A stretch of DNA of 64,000 nt from positions 2,418,001-2,482,000 of the forward strand of contig OZ024740.1 in the NCBI GenBank assembly GCA_964016885.1, written 5' to 3'. The notes beneath the pieces are model-generated. The model was not told the DNA's origin. It did not search any database and saw nothing but the letters and a program-made list of their open reading frames with translations. Below are positions 1-15,400 of the stretch, one piece after another (positions within the stretch are counted from its first letter, which is position 1; every line of letters begins with the position of its first letter). A program made the translations under genes and the position numbers. Origin of the DNA: Eledone cirrhosa (lineage: Eukaryota).

Positions 1-3000
1 TAAAATTACCCAGTCCACACTGTAAAGTGGTCATGTAGGTGTCACAATAAAAAATACCTGGTCCTCACTGTAAAGTGGTCATGTAGGTGTCACAATAAAA
101 AGTACCCAGCCCACACTGTAAAGTGGTCATGTAGGTGTCACAATAACAAGTACCCAGTCCACACTGTAAAGTGGTCATGTAGGTGTCACAATAACAAGTA
201 CCCAGTCCACACTGTAAAGTGGTCATGTAGGTGTCACAATAAAAAGTACCCAGTCCTCACTATAAAGTGGTCATGAAGGTGTCACAATAAAAAGTACCCA
301 GTCCACACTATAAAGTGGTCATGTAGGTGTCACAATAAAATTACCCAGTCCACACTGTAAAGTGGTCATGTAGGTGTCACAATAAAAAGTACCCAGTCCT
401 CACTATAAAGTGGTCATGAAGGTGTCACAATAAAAAGTACCCAGTCCACTCTATAAAGTGGTCATGAAGGTGACACAATAAAATTACCCAGTCCACACTG
501 TAAAGTGGTCATGTAGGTGTCACAATAAAAAGTACCTGGTCCTCACTATAAAGTGGTCATGTAGGTGTCACAATAAAAAGTACCCAGTCCACACTGTAAA
601 GTGGTCATGTAGGTGTCACAACAACAATTTTTCAGTCCACACGGTAAAGTGATCATGTAGGTGTCACAATAAAAAGTATCCAGTCCTCACTGTAAAGTAG
701 TCATGTAGGTGTCACAATAAAAAGTACCTGGTCCACACTATAAAGTGGTCATGTAGGTGTCACAATAAAAAGTATCCAGTCCACACTATAAAGTGGTCAT
801 GAAGGTGTCACAATAAAAAGTACCCAGTCCACACTATAAAGTGGTCATGTAGGTGTCACAATAACAAGTACCCAGTCCACACTGTAAAGTGGTGATGTAG
901 GTGTCACAATAAATAGTACCCAGCCCACACTGTAAAGTGGTCATGTAGGTGTCACAATAACAAGTACCCAGTCCACACTGTAAAGTGGTCATGTAGGTGT
1001 CACAATAACAAGTACCCAGTCCACACTGTAAAGTGGTCATGTAGGTGTCACAATAAAAAGTACCCAGCCCACACTATAAAGTGGTCATGTAGGTGTCACA
1101 ATAAAAAGTATCCAGTCCACACTGTAAAGTGGTCATGTAGGTGTCACAATAAAAAGTATCCAGCCCACACTATAAAGTGGTCATGTAGGTGTCACAATAA
1201 AAAGTACCCAGTCCACACTGTAAAGTGGTCATGTAGGTGTCACAATAAAAAGTATCCAGTCCACACTGTAAAGTGGTCATGTAGGTGTCACAATAAAAAG
1301 TACCTGGTCCTCACTATAAAGTGGTCATGTAGGTGTCACAAAAAAAAGTACCTGGTCCTCACTATAAAGTGGTCATGTAGGTGTCACAATAAAAAGTATC
1401 CAGCCCACACTATAAAGTGGTCATGTCGGTGTCACAATAAAAAGAACCCAGTCCACACTGTGAAGTGGTCATGTAGGTGTCACGATAAAAAGTATCCAGT
1501 CCACACTGTAAAGTGGTCATGTAGGTGTCACAATAAAAAGTATCCAGTCCACACTGTAAAGTGGTCATGTAGGTGTCACAATAAAAAGTACCCAGTCCAC
1601 ACTGTAAAGTGGTCATGTAGGTGTCACAATAAAAAGTACCCAGTCCTCACTATAAAGTGGTCATGAAGGTGTCACAATAAAAAGTACCCAGTCCACACTA
1701 TAAAGTGGTCATGAAGGTGACACAATAAAATTACCCAGTCCACACTGTAAAGTGGTCATGTAGGTGTCACAATAAAAAGTACCTGGTCCTCACTATAAAG
1801 TGGTCATGTAGGTGTCACAATAAAAAGTACCCAGTCCACACTGTAAAGTGGTCATGTAGGTGTCACAATAACAATTTTTCAGTCCACACGGTAAAGTGAT
1901 CATGTAGGTGTCACAATAAAAAGTACCCAGCCCACACTGTAAAGTGGTCATGTAGGTGTCACAATAACAAGTACCCAGTCCACACTGTAAAGTGGTCATG
2001 TAGGTGTCACAATAAAAAGTACACAGCCCACACTCTAAAGTGGTCATGTAGGTGTCACAATAAAAAGTATCCAGCCCACACTGTAAAGTGGTCATGAAGG
2101 TGTCACAATAAAAAGTATCCAGCCCACACTATAAAGTGGTCATGTAGATGTCACAATAAAAATACCCAGCCCACACTATAAAGTGGACATGTATGTGTCA
2201 CAATAAAAAGTATCCAGCCCACACTATAAAGTGGTCATGTAGGTGTCACAATAACAAGTATCCAGCCCACACTGTAAAGTGGTCATGTAGGTGTCACAAT
2301 AAAAAGTATCCAGCCCACACTATAAAGTGGTCATGTAGGTGTCACAATAAAAATACCCAGCCCACACTATAAAGTGGACATGTAGGTGTCACAATAAAAA
2401 GTATCCAGCCCACACTATAAAGTGGTCATGTAGGTGTCACAATAACAAGTATCCAGCCCACACTGTAAAGTGGTCATGTAGGTGTCACAATAAAAACTAT
2501 CCAGTCCACAATGTAAAGTGGTTATGTAGGTGTCACAATAAAAAGTACCCAGTCCACACTGTAAAGTGGTCATGTAGGTGTCACAATAAAAAGTACCCAG
2601 TCCTCACTATAAAGTGGTCATGAAGGTGTCACAATAAAAAGTACCCAGTCCACACTATAAAGTGGTCATGAAGGTGACACAATAAAATTACCCAGTCCAC
2701 ACTGTAAAGTGGTCATGTAGGTGTCACAATAAAAAGTACCTGGTCCTCACTATAAAGTGGTCATGTAGGTGTCACAATAAAAAGTACCCAGTCCACACTG
2801 TAAAGTGGTCATGTAGGTGTCACAATAACAATTTTTCAGTCCACACGGTAAAGTGATCATGTAGGTGTCACAATAAGAAGTATCCAGCCCACACTGTAAA
2901 GTGGTCATGTAGGTGTCACAATAAAAAGTACCTGGTCCTCACTATAAAGTGGTCATGTAGGTCTCACAATAAAAAGTACCCAGTCCACACTGTAAAGTGA

Positions 3001-5700
3001 TCATGTAGGTGTCACAATAACAAGTATCCAGTCCACACGGTAAAGTGATCATGTAGGTGTCACAATAAAAAGTATCCAGTCCACACTGTAAAGTGGTCAT
3101 GAAGGTTCACAATAAAAAGTACCCAGTCCACACTACAAAGTGGTCATGTAGGTGTCACAATAAAAAGTATCCAGTCCACACTATAAAGTGGTCATGAAGG
3201 TGCCACAATAAAAAGTACCCAGTCCACACTATAAAGTGGTCATGTAGGTGTCACAATAACAAGTACCCAGTCCACACTGTAAAGTGGTCATGTAGGTGTC
3301 ACAATAAAAAGTATCCAGTCCACACTATAAAGTGGTCATGTAGGTGTCACAATAACAAGTACCCAGTCCACACTGTAAAGTGGTCATGTAGGTGTCACAA
3401 TGACAAGTACCCAGTCCACACTGTAAAGTGGTCATGTAGGTGTCACAATAAAAAGTACCCAGCCCACACTATAAAGTGGTCATGTAGGTGTCACAATAAA
3501 AAGTATCCAGTCCACACTGTAAAGTGGTCATGTAGGTGTCACAATAAAAAGTATCCAGCCCACACTATAAAGTGGTCATGTAGGTGTCACAATGAAAAGT
3601 ACCCAGTCCACACTGTAAAGTGGTCATGTAGGTGTCACAATAAAAAGTATCCAGTCCACACTGTAAAGTGGTCATGTAGGTGTTACAATAAAAAGTACCT
3701 GGTCCTCACTATAAAGTGGTCATGTAGGTGTCACAAAAAAAAGTACCTGGTCCTCACTATAAAGTGGTCATGTAGGTGTCACAATAAAAAGTATCCAGCC
3801 CACACTATAAAGTGGTCATATAGGTGTCACAATAAAAAGTACCCAGTCCACACTGTAAAGTGGTCATGTAGGTGTCACGATAAAAAGTATCCAGTCCACA
3901 CTGTAAAGTGGTCATGTAGGTGTCACAATAAAAAGTATCCAGTCCACACTGTAAAGTGGTCATGTAGGTGTCACAATAAAAAGTATCCAGTCCACACTGT
4001 AAAGTGGTCATGTAGGTGTCACAATAAAAAGTACCCAGTCCACACTGTAAAGTGGTCATGTAGGTGTCACAATAAAAAGTACCCAGTCCACACTATAAAG
4101 TGGTCATGAGGGTGACACAATAAAATTACCCAGTCCACACTGTAAAGTGGTCATGTAGTTGTCACAATAAAAAGTATCCAGTCCACACTGTAAAGTGGTC
4201 ATGTAGGTGTAACAATAACAAGTACCCAGTCCACACTGTAAAGTGGTCATGTAGATGTCACAATAAAAAGTACCCAGTCCTCACTATAAAGTGGTCATGA
4301 AGGTGTCACAATAAAAAGTACCCAGTCCACACTATAAAGTGGTCATGTAGGTGTCACAATAAAATTACCCAGTCCACACTGTAAAGTGGTCATGTAGGTG
4401 TCACAATAAAAAGTACCCAGTCCTCACTATAAAGTGGTCATGAAGGTGTCACAATAAAAAGTACCCAGTCCACTCTATAAAGTGGTCATGAAGGTGACAC
4501 AATAAAATTACCCAGTCCACACTGTAAAGTGGTCATGTAGGTGTCACAATAAAATGTACCTGGTCCTCACTATAAAGTGGTCATGTAGGTGTCACAATAA
4601 AAAGTACCCAGTCCACACTGTAAAGTGGTCATGTAGGTGTCACAATAACAATTTTTCAGTCCACACGGTAAAGTGATCATGTAGGTGTCACAATAAAAAG
4701 TATCCAGTCCTCACTGTAAAGTAGTCATGTAGGTGTCACAATAAAAAGTACCTGGTCCACACTATAAAGTGGTCATGTAGGTGTCACAATAAAAAGTATC
4801 CAGTCCACACTATAAAGTGGTCATGAAGGTGTCACAATAAAAAGTACCCAGTCCACACTATAAAGTGGTCATGTAGGTGTCACAATAACAAGTACCCTGT
4901 CCACACTGTAAAGTGGTCATGTAGGTTTCACAATAAAAAGTACCCAGCCCACACTGTAAAGTGGTCATGTAGGTGTCACAATAAAAAGTACCTGGTCCTC
5001 ACTATAAAGTGGTCATGTAGGTGTCACAAAAAAAAGTACCTGGTCCTCACTATAAAGTGGTCATGTAGGTGTCACAATAAAAAGTATCCAGCCCACACTA
5101 TAAAGTGGTCATGTAGGTGTCACAATAAAAAGTACCCAGTCCACACTGTAAAGTGGTCATGTAGGTGTCACGATAAAAAGTATCCAGTCCACACTGTAAA
5201 GTGGTCATGTAGGTGTCACAATAAAAAGTATCCAGTCCACACTGTAAAGTGGTCATGTAGGTGTCACAATAAAAAGTACCCAGTCCACACTGTAAAGTGG
5301 TCATGTAGGTGTCACAATAAAAAGTACCCAGTCCTCACTATAAAGTGGTCATGAAGGTGTCACAATAAAAAGAACCCAGTCCACACTATAAAGTGGTCAT
5401 GAAGGTGACACAATAAAATTACCCAGTCCACACTGTAAAGTGGTCATGTAGGTGTCACAATAAAAAGTACCTGGTCCTCACTATAAAGTGGTCATGTAGG
5501 TGTCACAATAACAAGTACCCAGTCCACACTATAAAGTGGTCATGTAGGTGTCACAATAACAAGTACCCAGTCCACACTGTAAAGTGGTCATGTAGGTGTC
5601 ACAATAAAAAGTACCCAGCCCACACTCTAAAGTGGTCATGTAGGTGTCACAATAAAAAGTATCCAGCCCACACTGTAAAGTGGTCATGAAGGTGTCACAA
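1..5700. repeat. Array sub-domain A (marker monomer ACAATTTTTCAGTCCACACGGTAAAGTGATC)
   Basis: The marker is seen at ~624, ~1871, ~2828 and ~4648 and not further right. Private variants CACTCTATA (447/4471) and AAGTAGTC (697/4721) recur at a 4024-bp offset. Confidence 0.75.
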
Positions 5701-8700
5701 TAAAAAGTATCCAGCCCACACTATAAAGTGGTCATGTAGGTGTCACAATAAAAATACCCAGCCCACACTATAAAGTGGACATGTAGGTGTCACAATAAAA
5801 AGTATCCAGCCCACACTATAAAGTGGTCATGTAGGTGTCACAATAACAAGTATCCAGCCCACACTGTAAAGTGGTCATGTAGGTGTCACAATAACAAGTA
5901 CCCAGTCCACACTATAAAGTGGTCATGTAGGTGTCACAATAAAAAGTATCCAGTCCACACTATAAAGTGGTCATGTAGGTGTCACAATCAAAAGTACCCA
6001 GTCCACACTATAAAGTGGTCATGTAGGTGTCACAATAAAAAGTATCCAGTCCACACTGTAAAGTGGTCATGAAGGTGTCACAATAAAAAGTACCCAGTCC
6101 ACACTATAAAGTGGTCATGTAGGTGTCACAATAAAAAGTATCCAGTCCACACTGTAAAGTGGTCATGTAGGTGTCACAATAAAAAGTACCTGGTCCTCAC
6201 TATAAAGTGGTCATGTAGGTGTCACAATAACAAGTATCCAGCCCACACTGTAAAGTGGTCATGTAGGTGTCACAATAAAAAGTATCCAGCCCACACTGTA
6301 CAGTGGTCATGTAGATGTCACAATAAAAAGTACTTGGTCCTCACTATAAAGTGGTCATGTAGGTGTCACAATAAAAACTATCCAGCCTACACTGTAAAGT
6401 GGTCATGTAGGTGTCACAATAAAAAGTATCCAGTCCACACTGTAAAGTGGTCATGTAGGTGTCACAATAAAAAGTACTTGGTCCTCACTATAAAGTGGTC
6501 ATGTAGGTGTCACAATAAAAAGTACCTGGTCCTCACTATAAACTGGTCATGTAGGTGTCACAATAAAAAGTATCCAGCCCACACTATAAAGTGGTCATGT
6601 AGGTGTCACAATAAAAAGTACCCAGTCCACACTATAAAGTGGTCATGTAGGTGTCACAATAAAAAGTACCTGGTCCTCACTATAAAGTGGTCATGTAGGT
6701 GTCACAATAAAAAGTACCCAGCCTACACTGTAAAGTGGTCATGTAGGTGTCACAATAAAAAGTATCCAGTCCACACTGTAAAGTGGTCATGTAGGTGGCA
6801 CAATAAAAAGTACCCAGCCCACACTGTATAGTGGTCATGTAGTTGTCACAATAACAAGTACCCAGTCCACACTGTAAAGTGGTCATGAGGTGTCACAATA
6901 AAAAGTACCCAGCCCACACTATAAAGTGGTCATGTAGGTGTCACAATAACAAGTACCCAGCCCACACTATAAAGTGGTCATGTAGGTGTCACAATAACAA
7001 GTACCCAATCCACACTGTAAAGTGGTCATGTAGGTGTCACAATAAAAAGTACCCAGCCCACACTGTAAAGTGGTCATGTAGGTGTCACAATAAAAAGTAT
7101 CCAGTCCACACTGTAAAGTGGTCATGTAGGTGTCACAATAAAAAGTACCTGGTCCTCACTATAAAGTGGTCATGTAGGTGTCACAATAAAAAGTACCTGG
7201 TCCTCACTATAAAGTGGTCATGTAGGTGTCACAGTAAAAAGTATCCAGCCCACACTATAAAGTGGTCATGTAGGTGTCACAATAAAAAGTACCCACTCCA
7301 CACTGTAAAGTGGTCATGTAGGTGTCACAATATAAAGTATCCAGTCCACACTGTAAAGTGGTCATGTAGGTGTCACAATAAAAAGTACCTGGTCCACACT
7401 GTAACGTGGTCTTGTAGGTGTCACAATAACAAGTATCCAGCCCACACTGTAAAGTGGTCATGTAGGTGTCACAATAAAAAGTACCTGGTCCTCACTATAA
7501 AGTGGTCATCTATGTGTCACAATAAAATGTACCTGGCCCTCACTATAAAGTGATCATGTAGGTGTCACAATAACAAGTATCCAGTCCACACTGTAAAGTG
7601 GTCATGTAGGTGTCACAATAAAAAGTACCCAGTCCTCACTATAAAGTGGTCATGAAGGTGTCACAATAAAAAGTACCCAGCCCACACTGTAAAGTGGTCA
7701 TGTAGGTGTCACAATAACAAGTACCCAGCCCACACTGTAAAGTGGTCATGTAGGTGTCACAATAACAAGTACCCAGTCCACACTGTAAAGTGGTCATGTA
7801 GGTGTCACAATTAAAAGTACCCAGCCCACACTATAAAGTGGTCATGTAGGTGTCACAATAACAAGTACGCAGTCCACACTGTAAAGTGGTCATGTAGGTG
7901 TCACAATAAAAAGCACCCAGCCCACACTGTAAAGTGGTCATGTAGGTGTCACAATAACAAGTACCCAGCCCACACTGTAAAGTGGTCATGTAGGTGTCAC
8001 AATAAAAAGTACCTGGTCCTCACTATAAAGTGGCCATGTAGGTGTCACAATAAAAAGTACCTGGTCCTCACTATAAAGTGGTCATGTAGGTGTGACAGTA
8101 AAAAGTATCCAGCCCACACTATAAAGTGGTCATGTAGGTGTCACAATAAAAAGTACCCAGTTCACACTGTAAAGTGGTCATGTAGGTGTCACGATAAAAA
8201 GTATCCAGTCCACACTGTAAAGTGGTCATGTAGGTGTCACAATAAAAAGTATCCAGTCCACACTGTAAAGTGGTCATGTAGGTGTCACAATAAAAAGTAC
8301 CCAGTCGACACTGTAAAGTGGTCATGTAGGTGTCACAATAAAAAGTACCCAGTCCTCAGTATAAAGTGGTCATGAAGGTGTCACAATAAAAAGTACCCAG
8401 TCCACACTATAAAGTGGTCATGAAGGTGACACAATAAAATTACCCAGTCCACACTGTAAAGTGGTCTTGTAGGTGTCACAATAAAAAGTATCCAGTCCAC
8501 ACTATAAAGTGGTCATGTAGGTGTCACAATAAAAAGTACCCAGCCCACACTGTAAAGTGGTCATGTAGGTGTCACAATAACAAGTACCCAGTCCACACTG
8601 TAAAGTGGTCATGTAGGTGTCACAATAAAAAGTACCCAGCCCACACTATAAAGTGGTCATGTAGGTGTCACAATAACAAGTACCCAGCCCACACTATAAA

Positions 8701-11700
8701 GTGGTCATGTAGGTGTCACAATAACAAGTACCCAGTCCACACTGTAAAGTGGTCATGTAGGTGTCACAATAAAAAGTACCCAACCCACACTCTAAAGTGG
8801 TCATGTAGGTGTCACAATAAAAAGTACCCAGCCCACACTATAAAGTGGCCATGTAGGTGTCACAATAAAAAGTATCCAGCCCACACTATAAAGTGGTCAT
8901 GTAGGTGTCACAATAACAAGTATCCAGCCCACACTGTAAAGTGGTCATGTAGGTGTCACAATAACAAGTATCCAGTCCACACTATAAAGTAGTCATGTAG
9001 GTGTCACAATAAAAAGTATCCAGTCCACACTATAAAGTGGTCATGTAGGTGTCACAATCAAAAGTACCCAGTCCACACTATAAAGTGGTCATGTAGGTGT
9101 CACAATAAAAATATCCAGTCCACACTGTAAAGTGGTCATGAAGGTGTCACAATAAAAAGTACCCAGTCCACACTATAAAGTGGTCGTGTAGGTGTCACAA
9201 TAAAAAGTATCCAGTCCACACTGTAAAGTGGTCATGTAGGTGTCACAATAAAAAGTACCTGGTCCTCACTATAAAGTGGTCATGTAGGTGTCACAATAAA
9301 AAGTATCCAGCCCACACTATAAAGTGGTCATGTAGGTGTCACAATAAAAAGTACCCAGTCCACACTGTAAAGTGGTCATGTAGGTGTCACAATATAAAGT
9401 ATCCAGTCCACACTGTAAAGTGGTCATGTAGGTGTCACAATAAAAAGTACCTGGTCCACACTGTAACGTGGTCATGTAGGTGTCACAATAACAAGTATCC
9501 AGCCCACACTGTAAAGTGGTCATCTATGTGTCACAATAAAACGTACCTGGTCCTCACTATAAAGTGATCATGTAGGTGTCACAATAACAAGTATCCAGTC
9601 CACACTGTAAAGTGGTCATGTAGGTGTCACAATAAAAAGTATCCAGCCCACACTGTAAAGTGGTCATGAAGGTGTCACAATAAAAAGTATCCAGCCCACA
9701 CTATAAAGTGGTCATGTAGGTGTCACAATAAAAATACCCAGCCCACACTATAAAGTGGACATGTAGGTGTCACAATAAAAAGTATCCAGCCCACACTATA
9801 AAGTGGTCATGTAGGTGTCACAATAACAAGTATCCAGTCCACACTGTAAAGTGGTCATGTAGGTGTCACAATAAAAAGTACTTGGTCCTCACTATAAAGT
9901 GGTCATGTAGGTGTCACAATAAAAAGTACCTGGTCCTCACTTTAAACTGGTCATGTAGGTGTCACAATAAAAAGTATCCAGCCCACACTATAAAGTGGTC
10001 ATGTAGGTGTCACAATAAAAAGTACCCAGTCCACACTATAAAGTGGTCATGTAGGTGTCACAATAAAAAGTACCTGGTCCTCACTATAAAGTGGTCATGA
10101 AGGTGTCACAATAAAAAGTACCCAGTCCACACTGTAAAGTGGTCATGTAGGTGTCACAATAACAAGTACCCAGTCCACACTGTAAAGTGGTCATGTAGGT
10201 GTCACAATAAAAAGTACCCAGCCCACACTGTAAAGTGGTCATGTAGGTGTCACAATAACAAGTACCCAGCCCACACTGTAAAGTGGTCATGTTGTTGTCA
10301 CAATAACAAGTACCCAGTCCACACTGTAAAGTGGTCATGTAGGTGTCACAATAAAAAGTACCCAGCCCACACTATAAAGTGGTCATGTAGGTGTCACAAT
10401 AACAAGTACCCAGCCCACACTATAAAGTGGTCATGTAGGTGTCACAATAACAAGTACCCAATCCACACTGTAAAGTGGTCATGTAGGTGTCACAATAAAA
10501 AGTACCCAGCCCACACTGTAAAGTGGTCATGTAGGTGTCACAATAAAAAGTATCCAGTCCACACTGTAAAGTGGTCATGTAGGTGTCACAATAAAAAGTA
10601 CCTGGTCCTCACTATAAAGTGGTCATGTAGGTGTCACAATAAAAAGTACCTGGTCCTCACTATAAAGTGGTCATGTAGGTGTCACAGTAAAAAGTATCCA
10701 GCCCACACTATAAAGTGGTCATGTAGGTGTCACAATAAAAAGTACCCACTCCACACTGTAACGTGGTCTTGTAGGTGTCACAATAACAAGTATCCAGCCC
10801 ACACTGTAAAGTGGTCATGTAGGTGTCACAATAAAAAGTACCTGGTCCTCACTATAAAGTGGTCATCTATGTGTCACAATAAAATGTACCTGGTCCTCAC
10901 TATAAAGTGATCATGTAGGTGTCACAATAACAAGTATCCAGTCCACACTGTAAAGTGGTCATGTAGGTGTCACAATAAAAAGTACCCAGTCCTCACTATA
11001 AAGTGGTCATGAAGGTGTCACAATAAAAAGTACCCAGCCCACACTGTAAAGTGGTCATGTAGGTGTCACAATAACAAGTACCCAGCCCACACTGTAAAGT
11101 GGTCATGTAGGTGTCACAATAACAAGTACCCAGCCCACACTGTAAAGTGGTCATGTAGGTGTCACAATAAAAAGTACCTGGTCCTCACTATAAAGTGGCC
11201 ATGTAGGTGTCACAATAAAAAGTACCTGGTCCTCACTATAAAGTGGTCATGTAGGTGTCACAATAAAAAGTATCCAGCCCACACTATAAAGTGGTCATGT
11301 AGGTGTCACAATAAAAAGTACCCAGTCCACACTGTAAAGTGGTCATGTAGGTGTCACAATATAAAGTATCCAGTCCACACTGTAAAGTGGTCATGTAGGT
11401 GTCACAATAAAAAGTACCTGGTCCACACTGTAACGTGGTCTTGTAGGTGTCACAATAACAAGTATCCAGCCCACACTGTAAAGTGTCATGTAGGTGTCAC
11501 AATAAAAAGTACCTGGTCCCCACTATAAAGTGGTCATCTATGTGTCACAATAAAATGTACCTGGTCCTCACTATAAAGTGATCATGTAGGTGTCACAATA
11601 ACAAGTATCCAGTCCACACTGTAAAGTGGTCATGTAGGTGTCACAATAAAAAGTACCCAGTCCTCACTATAAAGTGGTCATGAAGGTGTCACAATAAAAA

Positions 11701-12479
11701 GTACCCAGTCCACACTATAAAGTGGTCATGTAGGTGTCACTATGAAAAGTATCCAGTCCACACTATAAAGTGGTCATGAAGGTGTCACAATAAAAAGTAC
11801 CCAGTCCACACTGTAAAGTGGTCATGTAGGTGTCACAATAACAAGTACCCAGTCCACACTGTAAAGTGGTCATGTAGGTGTCACAATAAAAAGTACCCAG
11901 CCCACACTGTAAAGTGGTCATGTAGGTGTCACAATAACAAGTACCCAGCCCACACTGTAAAGTGGTCATGTAGGTGTCACAATAACAAGTACCCAGTCCA
12001 CACTGTAAAGTGGTCATGTAGGTGTCACAATAAAAAGTACCCAGCCCACACTATAAAGTGGTCATGTAGGTGTCACAATAACAAGTACCCAGCCCACACT
12101 ATAAAGTGGTCATGTAGGTGTCACAATAACAAGTACCCAATCCACACTGTAAAGTGGTCATGTAGGTGTCACAATAAAAAGTACCCAGCCCACACTGTAA
12201 AGTGTTCATGTAGGTGTCACAATAACAAGTACCCAGCCCACACTGTAAAGTGGTCATGTAGGTGTCACAATAAAAAGTATCCAGTCCACACTGTAAAGTG
12301 GTCATGTAGGTGTCACAATAAAAAGTACCTGGTCCTCACTATAAAGTGGTGATGTAGGTGTCACAATAAAAAGTACCTGGTCCTCACTATAAAGTGGTCA
12401 TGTAGGTGTCACAGTAAAAAGTATCCAGCCCACACTATAAAGTGGTCATGTAGGTGTCACAATAAAAAGTACCCACTCC

Positions 12480-15400
12480 ACACTGTAAAGTGGTCATGTA
12501 GGTGTCACAATATAAAGTATCCAGTCCACACTGTAAAGTGGTCATGTAGGTGTCACAATAAAAAGTACCTGGTCCACACTGTAACGTGGTCTTGTAGGTG
12601 TCACAATAACAAGTATCCAGCCCACACTGTAAAGTGGTCATGTAGGTGTCACAATAAAAAGTACCTGGTCCTCACTATAAAGTGGTCATCTATGTGCCAC
12701 AATAAAATGTACCTGGTCCTCACTAGAAAGTGATCATGTAGGTGTCACAATAACAAGTATCCAGTCCACACTGTAAAGTGGTCATTTAGGTGTCACAATA
12801 AAAAGTACCCAGTCCTCACTATAAAGTGGTCATGAAGGTGTCACAATAAAAAGTACCCAGTCCTCACTATAAAGTGGTCATGAAGGTGTCACAATAAAAA
12901 GTACCCAGTCCACACTGTAAAGTGGTCATGTAGGTGTCACAATAAAAAGCACCCAGCCCACACTGTAAAGTGGTCATGTAGGTGTCACAATAACAAGTAC
13001 CCAGCCCACACTGTAAAGTGGTCATGTAGGTGTCACAATAAAAAGTACCTGGTCCTCACTATAAAGTGGCCATGTAGGTGTCACAATAAAAAGTACCTGG
13101 TCCTCACTATAAAGTGGTCATGTAGGTGTGACAGTAAAAAGTATCCAGCCCACACTATAAAGTGGTCATGTAGGTGTCACAATAAAAAGTACCCAGTTCA
13201 CACTGTAAAGTGGTCATGTAGGTGTCACGATAAAAAGTATCCAGTCCACACTGTAAAGTGGTCATGTAGGTGTCACAATAAAAAGTATCCAGTCCACACT
13301 GTAAAGTGGTCATGTAGGTGTCACAATAAAAAGTACCCAGTCGACACTGTAAAGTGGTCATGTAGGTGTCACAATAAAAAGTACCCAGTCCTCAGTATAA
13401 AGTGGTCATGAAGGTGTCACAATAAAAAGTACCCAGTCCACACTATAAAGTGGTCATGAAGGTGACACAATAAAATTACCCAGTCCACACTGTAAAGTGG
13501 TCTTGTAGGTGTCACAATAAAAAGTATCCAGTCCACACTATAAAGTGGTCATGTAGGTGTCACAATAAAAAGTACCCAGCCCACACTGTAAAGTGGTCAT
13601 GTAGGTGTCACAATAACAAGTACCCAGTCCACACTGTAAAGTGGTCATGTAGGTGTCACAATAAAAAGTACCCAGCCCACACTATAAAGTGGTCATGTAG
13701 GTGTCACAATAACAAGTACCCAGCCCACACTATAAAGTGGTCATGTAGGTGTCACAATAACAAGTACCCAGTCCACACTGTAAAGTGGTCATGTAGGTGT
13801 CACAATAAAAAGTACCCAACCCACACTGTAAAGTGGTCATGTAGGTGTCACAATAAAAAGTACCCAGCCCACACTATAAAGTGGCCATGTAGGTGTCACA
13901 ATAAAAAGTATCCAGCCCACACTATAAAGTGGTCATGTAGGTGTCACAATAACAAGTATCCAGCCCACACTGTAAAGTGGTCATGTAGGTGTCACAATAA
14001 CAAGTACCCAGTCCACACTATAAAGTAGTCATGTAGGTGTCACAATAAAAAGTATCCAGTCCACACTATAAAGTGGTCATGTAGGTGTCACAATCAAAAG
14101 TACCCAGTCCACACTATAAAGTGGTCATGTAGGTGTCACAATAAAAATATCCAGTCCACACTGTAAAGTGGTCATGAAGGTGTCACAATAAAAAGTACCC
14201 AGTCCACACTATAAAGTGGTCATGTAGGTGTCACAATAAAAAGTATCCAGTCCACACTGTAAAGTGGTCATGTAGGTGTCACAATAAAATGTACCTGGTC
14301 CTCACTATAAAGTGGTCATGTAGGTGTCACAATAAAAAGTATCCAGCCCACACTATAAAGTGGTCATGTAGGTGTCACAATAAAAAGTACCCAGTCCACA
14401 CTGTAAAGTGGTCATGTAGGTGTCACAATATAAAGTATCCAGTCCACACTGTAAAGTGGTCATGTAGGTGTCACAATAAAAAGTACCTGGTCCACACTGT
14501 AACGTGGTCATGTAGGTGTCACAATAACAAGTATCCAGCCCACACTGTAAAGTGGTCATCTATGTGTCACAATAAAACGTACCTGGTCCTCACTATAAAG
14601 TGATCATGTAGGTGTCACAATAACAAGTATCCAGTCCACACTGTAAAGTGGTCATGTAGGTGTCACAATAAAAAGTATCCAGCCCACACTGTAAAGTGGT
14701 CATGAAGGTGTCACAATAAAAAGTATCCAGCCCACACTATAAAGTGGTCATGTAGGTGTCACAATAAAAATACCCAGCCCACACTATAAAGTGGACATGT
14801 AGGTGTCACAATAAAAAGTATCCAGCCCACACTATAAAGTGGTCATGTAGGTGTCACAATAACAAGTATCCAGTCCACACTGTAAAGTGGTCATGTAGGT
14901 GTCACAATAAAAAGTACTTGGTCCTCACTATAAAGTGGTCATGTAGGTGTCACAATAAAAAGTACCTGGTCCTCACTATAAACTGGTCATGTAGGTGTCA
15001 CAATAAAAAGTATCCAGCCCACACTATAAAGTGGTCATGTAGGTGTCACAATAAAAAGTACCCAGTCCACACTATAAAGTGGTCATGTAGGTGTCACAAT
15101 AAAAAGTACCTGGTCCTCACTATAAAGTGGTCATGTAGGTGTCACAATAAAAAGTACCCAGCCTACACTGTAAAGTGGTCATGTAGGTGTCACAATAAAA
15201 AGTATCCAGTCCAAACTGTAAAGTGGTCATGTAGGTGGCACAATAAAAAGTACCCAGCCCACACTGTATAGTGGTCATGTAGGTGTCACAATAAAAAGTA
15301 CCTGGTCCTCACTATAAAGTGGTCATGTAGGTGTCACAATAAAAAGTACCTGGTCCTCACTATAAAGTGGTCATGTAGGTGTCACAATAAAAAGTACCTG

